This document shows positions 53,940-64,000 of a stretch of 64,000 bases of DNA, one piece after another (position 1 is the stretch's first letter; each line of letters starts with the position of its first letter). The notes beneath the pieces are model-generated. The model searched no databases. It saw only the letters and a list, made by a program, of their open reading frames with translations, and was not told the DNA's origin. Location: positions 62,001-126,000 of the forward strand of contig JBHGNT010000047.1 in NCBI GenBank assembly GCA_043228905.1, written 5' to 3'. The stretch is from Azolla caroliniana (taxonomy: Eukaryota; Plantae; Polypodiophyta). A program made the translations under genes and the position numbers.

Positions 53940-56900
53940 TGTGATATCGGATTTCTGTGTTCAAACATGGAAATCGAAGCTAACAACGCTAGCTATGCTA
54001 TGGATTTAAAAAATCAAGATTTTGAAACTAAGGTCGTGAGACATGGAGAAATTAACAAATTTGAGGAGGGAGTTGAGTAGGGCGAATGAGTAAAATAAAA
54101 TGTTCATACCTCGCTCGTGTGATATCGGATTTGTGTGTTCAAACATGGGAATAGGAGATAACAACGCTAGTTATGATATGGAATTAAAAAATCAAGATTT
54201 TGAAACTTAGGTCGAGAGACATAAAGAAATTACCAAATTTGAGGAGGGAGTTGAGTAGGGCGAATGAGCAAATTAAAATGTTCATACCTCACTCGTGTGA
54301 GATCCGATTTCTGTGTTCAAACATGCGAATCGAAGCTAACAACGCTAGCTATGATATGGAATTAAAAAATCAAGATTTTGAAACTCAGGTCGAGAGACAT
54401 AAACAAATTACCAAATTAGAGGAGGGAGTTGACTAGGGCGAATGAGTAAATTAAATTGTTCATTCCTCGCTGGTGTGATATCGGATTTGTGTGTTCAAAC
54501 ATGCGAATCGAAGCTAACAATGCTAGCTATGATATGGAATTAAAAAATCAAGATTTTGAAACTCAGGTCGAGAGACATGACGTAATTACCAAATTTGAGG
54601 ACGGAGTCTAGTAGGGTGATTTAGTAAATTAAATTGTTCATACCTCGCTCGTGTGATATCAGATTTCTGTGTTCAAACCTGCGAATCGAAGCTAACAATG
54701 CTACCTATGATATGGAATTAAACAATCAAGATTTTGAAACTCAGGTCGAGAGACATGAAGAAATTAGCAAATTTTAGGAGGGAGTTGAGTAGGGCGAATG
54801 AGTAAATTAAAATGTTCATACCTCGCTCGTGTCAAATCAAATTTTTGTGTTCAAACATGCGAATCGAAGCTAACAATGCTACCTATGATATGGAATTAAA
54901 CAATCTAGATTTTGAAACTCACGTCGAGAGACATGAAGAATTTAGCAAATTTGAGGAGGGAGTGGAGAAGAGCCCGTTCGGAAATGAAAATGTTCATACC
55001 TCGCTCGTGTGATATCAGATTTTTGTGTTCAAACATGGGAATCGAAGCTAACAATGCTACCTATGATATGGAATTAAACGATCTAGATTTTGGAAGTCAG
55101 GTCGAGAGACATAAAGAAATTACCAAATTTGAGGAGGGAGTTGAGTAGGGCGAATGAGTAAATTAAATTGTTCATACCTCGGTCGTGTGATTTCGGATTT
55201 CTCTGTTCAAACATGCGAATTGAAGCTAACAACGCTAGCTATGATATGGAATTAGAAAATGAAGAATTGGAAACTCAAGTCGAGAGACATGAAGAAATTA
55301 CCAAATTTGAGGAGGGAGTTGAGTAGGGCGAATGAGTAAATTAAATTTTTCATACCTCGCTCGTGTGATATCGGATTTGTGTGTTCAAACATGCGAATCG
55401 AAACTAACAACGCTAGCTATGATATGGAATTAAAAAATCAAGATTTTGAAACTTAGGTCGAGATACATAAAGAAATTACCAAATTTGAGGAGGGAGTTGA
55501 GCAGGGCGAATGAGTAAATTAAATTGTTCATACCTCGGTCGTGTGATATCGGATTTGTGTGTTCAAACATGTGAATCGAAGCTAACAACGCTAGGTATGA
55601 GATGGAATTAAAAAATCAAGATTTTGAAACTTAGGTCGAGAGACATAAAGAAATTACCAAATTTGAGGAGGGAGTTGAGTAGGGCGAAGGAGTAAATTAA
55701 AATGTTCATACCTCGCTCGTGTGATATCGGATTTCTCAGTTCAAACATGCGAATCGTAGCTAAGAACGCTAGCTATGATATGGAATTAAAATATCAAGAT
55801 TTTGAATCTCAGGTCGAGAGACATGAAGAAATTACTAAATTTGAGGAGGGAGTTGAGTAGGGCGAATGAGTAAATTAAAATGTTCATACCTCACTCGTGT
55901 GATATCGGATTTCTGTGTTCAAACATGGGAATCGGAGCTAACAACGCTAGCTGTGATATGGAATTAAAAAATCAAGATTTTGAAACTTAGGTCGAGAGAC
56001 ATGACGAAATTAGCATATTTGAGGAGGAAGTTGAGTAGAGCCTTTCAGCAAATTAAAATGTTTATACCTCGCTCGTGTGATATCGGATTTCTGTGTCCAA
56101 ATATGGGAATCAGAGCTAACAACGCTAGCTATGATATGGAATTAAAAAATCAACATTTTGAAACTCAGGTCGAGAGACATGACGAAATTAGCACATTTGA
56201 GGAGGGAGTTGAGTAGGGCGATTGAGTAAATTAAATTGTTTATACCTCGCTTGTGTGATATCGGATTTCTCTGTTCAAACATGCGAATCGAAGCTAACAA
56301 CCCTAGCTATGATATAGAATTAAGAAATCAACATTTTGAAACTCAGGTCGAGAGATATGACGAAATTAGCACATTTGAGGAGGGAGTTGAGTAGGGCGAA
56401 TGAGAAAATTAAATTGTTCATACCTCGCTCGTGTGATATCCGATTTTTGTGTTCAAACATGTGAATCGAAGCTAACAACGCTAGCTATCATATGGAATTA
56501 AAAAATCAAGATTTTGAAAGTTAGGTCGAGAGACATGAAGAAATTACCAAATTTGAGGAGGGAGTTGAGTTGGGCGAAGGAGTAAATTAAAATGTTCATA
56601 CCTCGCTCGTGTGATATCGTATTTTTGTTTGCAAACATGGCAATCGAAGCTAACAAAGCTAGCTATGATATGGAATTACAAAATCAAGATTTTGAAACTC
56701 AGGTCGAGAGACATGAGGAAATTACCAAAATTGAGGAGGGAGTTGAGGAGGGCGAATGAGTAAATTAAATTGTTTATACCTCGCTTGTGTGATATCGGAT
56801 TTCTCTGTTCAAACATGCGAATCGAAGCTAACAAACCTAGCTATGATATGGAATTAAAAAATCAACATTTTGAAACTCAGGTCGAGAGACATGACGAAAT

Positions 56901-59900
56901 TAGCACATTTGAGGAGGGAGTTGAGTAGGGCGAATGAGTAAATTAAATTGTTCATACCTCGCTCGTGTGATATCCGATTTTTGTGTTCAAACATGGGAAT
57001 CGAAGCTAACAACGCTAGCTATGATATGGAATTAAAAAATCAATATTTTGAAAGTTAGGTCGAGAGACATGAAAAAATTACCAAGTTTGAGGAGGGAGTT
57101 GAGTAGGGCGAAGGAGTAAATTAAAATGTTCATACCTCGCTCGTGTGATATCGAATTTTTCAGTTCAAACATGCGAATCGAAGCTAACAACGCTAGGTAT
57201 GATATGAAATTAAAATATCAAGATTTTGAAACTCAGGTCGAGAGACATGAAGAAATTACCAAATTTGAGGAGGGAGTTGAGAAGAGCCCTTGAGCAAATT
57301 AAAATGTTCATACCTCGCTCGTGTGATATATCCAATTTCTGTGTTCAAACATGGGAATCTGAGCTAACAACGCTAGCTATGATATGGAATTAAAAAATCA
57401 AGATTTTGAAACTCAGGTCGAGAGACATGAAGAAATTACAAAATTTGAGGAGGGAGTTGAGTAGAGCGCTTGAGTAAATTAAATTGTTCATACCTCGCTC
57501 GTGTGATATCGGATTTTTTTGTGCAAATATGGGAATCGAAGCTAACAACGCTAGCTATGATATGGAATTACAAAATCAAGATTTTGAAACTCAGGTCGAG
57601 AGACATGAGGAAATTACCAAAGTTGAGGAGGGAGTTGAGAAGAGCCCTTGAGCAAATTGAAATGTTCATACCTGGCTCGTGTGATATCGGATTTCTGTGT
57701 TCAAACATGGAAATCGAAGCTAACAACGCTAGCTATGCTATGGAATTAAAAAATCAAGATTTTGAAACTAAGGTCGTGAGACATGGAGAAATTAACAAAT
57801 TTGAGGAGGGAGTTGAGTAGGGCGAATGAGTAAAATAAAATGTTCATACCTCGCTCGTGTGATATCGGATTTGTGTGTTCAAACATGGGAATAGGAGATA
57901 ACAACGCTAGTTATGATATGGAATTAAAAAATCAAGATTTTGAAACTCAAATCGAGAGACATGAAGAAATTACCAAATTTGAGGAGGGAGTTGAGTAGGG
58001 CGAATGAGCAAATTAAAATGTTCATACCTCACTCGTGTGAGATCCGATTTCTGTGTTCAAACATGCGAATCGAAGCTAACAACGCTAGCTATGATATGGA
58101 ATTAAAAAATCAAGATTTTGAAACTCAGGTCGAGAGACATAAACAAATTACCAAATTAGAGGAGGGAGTTGAGTAGGGCGAATGAGTAAATTAAATTGTT
58201 CATTCCTCGCTGGTGTGATATCGGATTTGTGTGTTCAAACATGCGAATCGAAGCTAACAATGCTAGCTATGATATGGAATTAAAAAATCAAGATTTTGAA
58301 ACTCAGGTCGAGAGACATGACGTAATTACCAAATTTGAGGACGGAGTCTAGTAGGGTGATTTAGTAAATTAAATTGTTCATACCTCGCTCGTGTGATATC
58401 AGATTTCTGTGTTCAAACCTGCGAATCGAAGCTAACAATGCTACCTATGATATGGAATTAAACAATCAAGATTTTGAAACTCAGGTTGAGAGACATGAGG
58501 AAATTACCAAATTTGAGGAGGGAGTTGAGTAAGGCGAATGAGTAAATTAAATTGTTCATACCTTGCTCGTGTGATATCGGATTTCTCTGTTCAAACATGT
58601 GAATCGAAGCTAACAACGCTAGCTATGATATGGAATTAAAAAATCAAGATTTTGAAAGTTAGGTCGAGAGACATGAAGATATTACCAAATTTGAGGAGGG
58701 AGTTGAGTAGGGCGAATGAGTAAATTAAATTGTTCATACCTCATTCGTGTGATATCGGATTTTTCTGTTCAAACGTGCGAATCGCAGCTAACAACGCTAG
58801 CTATGATATGGAATTAAAAAATCAAGATTTTGAAACTCAGGTCGAGAGACATGAAGAAATTAGCAAATTTTAGGAGGGAGTTGAGTAGGGCGAATGAGTA
58901 AATTAAAATGTTCATACCTCGCTCGTGTCAAATCAGATTTTTGTGTTCAAACATGCGAATCGAAGCTAACAATGCTACCTATGATATGGAATTAAACAAT
59001 CTAGATTTTGAAACTCACGTCGAGAGACATGAAGAATTTAGCAAATTTGAGGAGGGAGTGGAGAAGAGCCCGTTCGGAAATGAAAATGTTCATACCTCGC
59101 TCGTGTGATATCAGATTTTTGTGTTCAAACATGGGAATCGAAGCTAACAATGCTACCCATGATATGGAATTAAACGATCTAGATTTTGGAAGTCAGGTCG
59201 AGAGACATAAAGAAATTACCAAATTTGAGGAGGGAGTTGAGTAGGGCGAATGAGTAAATTAAATTGTTCATACCTCGGTCGTGTGATTTCGGATTTCTCT
59301 GTTCAAACATGCGAATTGAAGCTAACAACGCTAGCTATGATATGGAATTAGAAAATGAAGAATTGGAAACTCAAGTCGAGAGACATGAAGAAATTACCAA
59401 ATTTGAGGAGGGAGTTGAGTAGGGCGAATGAGTAAATTAAATTTTTCATACCTCGCTCGTGTGATATCGGATTTGTGTGTTCAAACATGCGAATCGAAAC
59501 TAACAACGCTAGCTATGATATGGAATTAAAAAATCAAGATTTTGAAACTTAGGTCGAGATACATAAAGAAATTACCAAATTTGAGGAGGGAGTTGAGCAG
59601 GGCGAATGAGTAAATTAAATTGTTCATACCTCGGTCGTGTGATATCGGATTTGTGTGTTCAAACATGCGAATCGAAGCTAACAACGCTAGGTATGATATG
59701 GAATTAAAAAATCAAGATTTTGAAACTTAGGTCGAGAGACATAAAGAAATTACCAAATTTGAGGAGGGAGTTGAGTAGGGCGAAGGAGTAAATTAAAATG
59801 TTCATACCTCGCTCGTGTGATATCGGATTTCTCAGTTCAAACATGCGAATCGTAGCTAAGAACGCGAGCTATGATATGGAATTAAAATATCAAGATTTTG

Positions 59901-62070
59901 AATCTCAGGTCGAGAGACATGAAGAAATTACTAAATTTGAGGAGGGAGTTGAGTAGGGCGAATGAGTAAATTAAAATGTTCATACCTCACTCGTGTGATA
60001 TCGGATTTCTGTGTTCAAACATGGGAATCGGAGCTAACAACGCTAGCTATGATATGGAATTAAAAAATCAAGATTTTGAAACTTAGGTCGAGAGACATGA
60101 CGAAATTAGCATATTTGAGGAGGAAGTTGAGTAGAGCCTTTCAGCAAATTAAAATGTTTATACCTCGCTCGTGTGATATCGGATTTCTGTGTCCAAATAT
60201 GGGAATCGGAGCTAACAACGCTAGCTATGATATGGAATTAAAAAATCAACATTTTGAAACTCAGGTCGAGAGACATGACGAAATTAGCACATTTGAGGAG
60301 GGAGTTGAGTAGGGCGATTGAGTAAATTAAATTGTTTATACCTCGCTTGTGTGATATCGGATTTCTCTGTTCAAACATGCGAATCGAAGCTAACAACCCT
60401 AGCTATGATATAGAATTAAGAAATCAACATTTTGAAACTCAGGTCGAGAGACATGACGAAATTAGCACATTTGAGGAGGGAGTTGAGTAGGGCGAATGAG
60501 AAAATTAAATTGTTCATACCTCGCTCGTGTGATATCCGATTTTTGTGTTCAAACATGTGAATCGAAGCTAACAACGCTAGCTATCATATGGAATTAAAAA
60601 ATCAAGATTTTGAAAGTTAGGTCGAGAGACATGAAGAAATTACCAAATTTGAGGAGGGAGTTGAGTTGGGCGAAGGAGTAAATTAAAATGTTCATACCTC
60701 GCTCGTGTGATATCGTATTTTTGTTTGCAAACATGGCAATCGAAGCTAACAACGCTAGCTATGATATGGAATTACAAAATCAAGATTTTGAAACTCAGGT
60801 CGAGAGACATGAGGAAATTACCAAAATTGAGGAGGGAGTTGAGGAGGGCGAATGAGTAAATTAAATTGTTTATACCTCGCTTGTGTGATATCGGATTTCT
60901 CTGTTCAAACATGCGAATCGAAGCTAACAAACCTAGCTATGATATGGAATTGAAAAATCAACATTTTGAAACTCAGGTCGAGAGACATGACGAAATTAGC
61001 ACATTTGAGGAGGGAGTTGAGTAGGGCGAATGAGTAAATTAAATTGTTCATACCTCGCTCGTGTGATATCCGATTTTTGTGTTCAAACATGGGAATCGAA
61101 GCTAACAACGCTAGCTATGATATGGAATTAAAAATTCAATATTTTGAAAGTTAGGTCGAGAGACATGAAAAAATTACCAAGTTTGAGGAGGGAGTTGAGT
61201 AGGGCGAAGGAGTAAATTAAAATGTTCATACCTCGCTCGTGTGATATCGAATTTCTCAGTTCAAACATGCGAATCGAAGCTAACAACGCTAGGTATGATA
61301 TGAAATTAAAATATCAAGATTTTGAAACTCAGGTCGAGAGACATGAAGAAATTACCAAATTTGAGGAGGGAGTTGAGAAGAGCCCTTGAGCAAATTAAAA
61401 TGTTCATACCTCGCTCGTGTGATATATCCGATTTCTGTGTTCAAACTTGGGAATCTGAGCTAACAACGCTAGCTATGATATGGAATTAAAAAATCAAGAT
61501 TTTGAAACTCAGGTCGAGAGACATGAAGAAATTACAAAATTTGAGGAGGGAGTTGAGTAGAGCGCTTGAGTAAATTAAATTGTTCATACCTCGCTCGTGT
61601 GATATCGGATTTTTGTGTGCAAATATGGGAATCGAAGCTAACAACGCTAGCTATGATATGGAATTACAAAACCAAGATTTTGAAACTCAGGTCGAGAGAC
61701 ATGAGGAAATTACCAAAGTTGAGGAGGGAGTTGAGAAGAGCCCTTGAGCAAATTGAAATGTTCATACCTGGCTCGTGTGATATCGGATTTCTGTGTTCAA
61801 ACATGGAAATCGAAGCTAACAACGCTAGCTATGCTATGGAATTAAAAAATCAAGATTTTGAAACTAAGGTCGTGAGACATGGAGAAATTAACAAATTTGA
61901 GGAGGGAGTTGAGTAGGGCGAATGAGTAAAATAAAATGTTCATACCTCGCTCGTGTGATATCGGATTTGTGTGTTCAAACATGGGAATAGGAGATAACAA
62001 CGCTAGTTATGATATGGAATTAAAAAATCAAGATTTTGAAACTCAGATCGAGAGACATGAAGAAATTAGC
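53940..62070 (+). repeat. Tandem duplication of a 21/23-mer of more divergent monomers (offsets 3740 and 4096)
   Basis: 54912->59008, 55980->60076 and 57470->61566 are 4096 = 23x178 + 2. 54200->57940 is 3740 = 21x178 + 2. The +2 is a TA insertion (GTGTGATATATCC) at ~57330 and ~61426. Two extra monomers lie at ~58490-58845. Confidence 0.88.
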
Positions 62071-64000
62071 AAATTTGAGGAGGGAGTTGAGTAGGGCGAA
62101 TGAGAAAATTCAATTGTTCATACCTCGCTCGTGTGATATCGGATTTGTGTGTTCAAACATGCGAATCGAAGCTAACAACGCTAGCTATGATATGGAATTA
62201 AAAAATCAAGATTTTGAAACTTAGGTCGAGAGACATAAAGAAATTACCAAATTTGAGGAGGGAGTTTAGAAGAGCCCTTCAGCAAATTAAAATGTTCATA
62301 CCTGGCTCGTGTGATATCGGATTTCTGTGTTCAAACATGGGAATCGGAGCTAACAACGCTATCTATGATATGGAATGAAAAAATCAAGATTTTGAAACTC
62401 AGGTCGAGAGACATGAAGAAATTACCAAATTTGAGGAGGGAGTTGAGTAGGGCGAATGAGCAAATTAAAATGTTCATACCTCGCTCGTGTGAGATCGGAT
62501 TTCTGTGTTCAAACATGGGAATCGGAGCTAACAATGCTAGCTATGATATGGAATGAAAAAATCAAGATTTTGAAACTCAGGTCGAGAGACGTGACGAAAT
62601 TAGCAAATTTGAGGAAGGAGTTGAGTAGGGCGAATGAGTAAATTAAATTGTTCATACCTCGCTCGTGTGATATCGGATTTCTGTGTTCAAACATGCGAAT
62701 CGAAGCTAACAACGCTAGCTATGATATGGAATTAAAAAATCAAGATTTTGAAACTTAGGTCGATAGACATGAAGACATTACCAAATTTGAGGCGGGAGTT
62801 GAGTAGGGCGAATGAGTAGATTAAAATGTTCATACTTCGCTCGTGTGATATCGGATTTCTTTGTTCAAACATGCGAATCAAAGCTAACAACGCTAGCTAT
62901 GATATGGAATTAAAAAATCAAGATTTTCAATCTTAGGTCTAGAGACATGAACAAATTACCAAATTTGAGGACGGAGTTGAGTAGGGCGACTGAGTAAATT
63001 AAATTGTTCATAAATCGCTCGTGTGAGATCGGATTTCTGTGTTCAAACATGGGAATCGGAGCTAACAATGCTAGCTATGATATGGAATGAAAAAATCAAG
63101 ATTTTGAAACTCAGGTCGAGAGACGTGACGAAATTAGCACATTTGAGGAGGGAGTTGAGTAGGGCGAATGAGTAAATTAAATTGTTCATACCTCGCTCGT
63201 GTGATATCCGATTTTTGTGTTCAAACATGTGAATCGAAGCTAACAACGCTAGCTATGATATGGAATTAAAAAATCAAGATTTTGAAAGTTAGGTCGAGAG
63301 ACATGAAGAAATTACCAAATTTGAGGAGGGAGTTGAGTAGGGCGAATGACTAAATTAAAATGTTCATACCTCACTCGTGTGATATTAGATTTTTGTGTTC
63401 AAACATGCGAATCGAAGCTAACAATGCTACCTATGATATGGAATTAAACAATCTAGATTTTGGAACGCAGGTCGAGAGACATGAAGAAATTACCAAATTT
63501 GAGGAGGGAGTTGAGTAGGGCGAATGAGTAAATTAAATTGTTCATACCTCGCTCGTGTGATATCGGATTTTTGTGTTCAAACATGGGAATCGAAGCTAAC
63601 AACGCTAGCTATGATATGGAATTAAAAAATCAAGATTTTGAAACTTAGGTCGAGAGACATGAAGAAATTACCAAATTTGAGGAGGGAGTTGAGTAGGGCG
63701 AATGAGTAAAATAAAATGTTCATACCTCGCTCGTGTGATATCAGATTTGTGTGTTCAAACATGGGAATAGGAGATAACAACGCTAGTTATGATATGGAAT
63801 TAAAAAATCAAGATTTTGAAACTCAGGTCGAGAGACATGAAGAAATTGCCAAATTTGAGGAGGGAGTTGAGTAGGGCGAATGAGAAAATTCAATTGTTCA
63901 TACCTCGCTCGTGTGATATCGGATTTGTGTGTTCAAACATGCGAATCGAAGCTAACAACGCTAGCTATGATATGGAATTAAAAAATCAAGATTTTGAAAC

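Larger units (their letters stand above)
1..64000 (+). repeat. 178-bp tandem satellite DNA array (~358 monomers, head-to-tail, single orientation); probable centromeric/pericentromeric heterochromatin
   Basis: Consensus GGAATTAAAAAATCAAGATTTTGAAACTCAGGTCGAGAGACATGAAGAAATTACCAAATTTGAGGAGGGAGTTGAGTAGGGCGAATGAGTAAATTAAATTGTTCATACCTCGCTCGTGTGATATCGGATTTCTGTGTTCAAACATGCGAATCGAAGCTAACAACGCTAGCTATGATAT recurs throughout. Equivalent ORF starts step by 178 (10469, 10647, 10825). The centromeric role is inferred only from nucleosome-scale monomer length and higher-order organisation. Confidence 0.98.

Noticed and set aside
21-63246. Many 61-118 aa ORFs (MKLRSRDMKKLPNLRREL..., MSKLKCSYL..., MLASIRMFEH...)
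   Set aside because: They are translations of the 178-bp repeat. The monomer length is not a multiple of 3, stops appear and disappear with single SNPs, the ORFs overlap in several frames on both strands, and no domain is recognisable.
1-64000. CRISPR array interpretation of the regular repeats
   Set aside because: There are no unique spacers: the entire 178-bp unit repeats. No cas genes or leader are present. The 28-29 bp hairpin units in the insert are too few and their linkers too short.

Overview
The whole 64 kb window is a head-to-tail eukaryotic satellite DNA array, probably centromeric or pericentromeric. It holds about 358 monomers of 178 bp, all in one orientation, at about 38% GC by hand count of the consensus. 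The monomers form nested higher-order repeats and multi-kb block duplications whose offsets are exact multiples of 178 bp once a few diagnostic indels are counted. I find no credible protein-coding genes: the ORF track is the repeat translated in shifting frames. The only non-satellite DNA is a 303-bp insertion present twice (3533-3835 and 8804-9106), copied inside a ~3.4-kb block duplication. This insert is the most interesting object. It carries a phased series of CCGG-stem hairpins with a compensatory base-pair change, a 3' three-way-junction fold ending in T5, and a 5' segment resembling its own satellite target. Its 17-bp flanking overlap looks like a target-site duplication but joins two different monomer types. 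I cannot identify the organism or the element family from the sequence alone.
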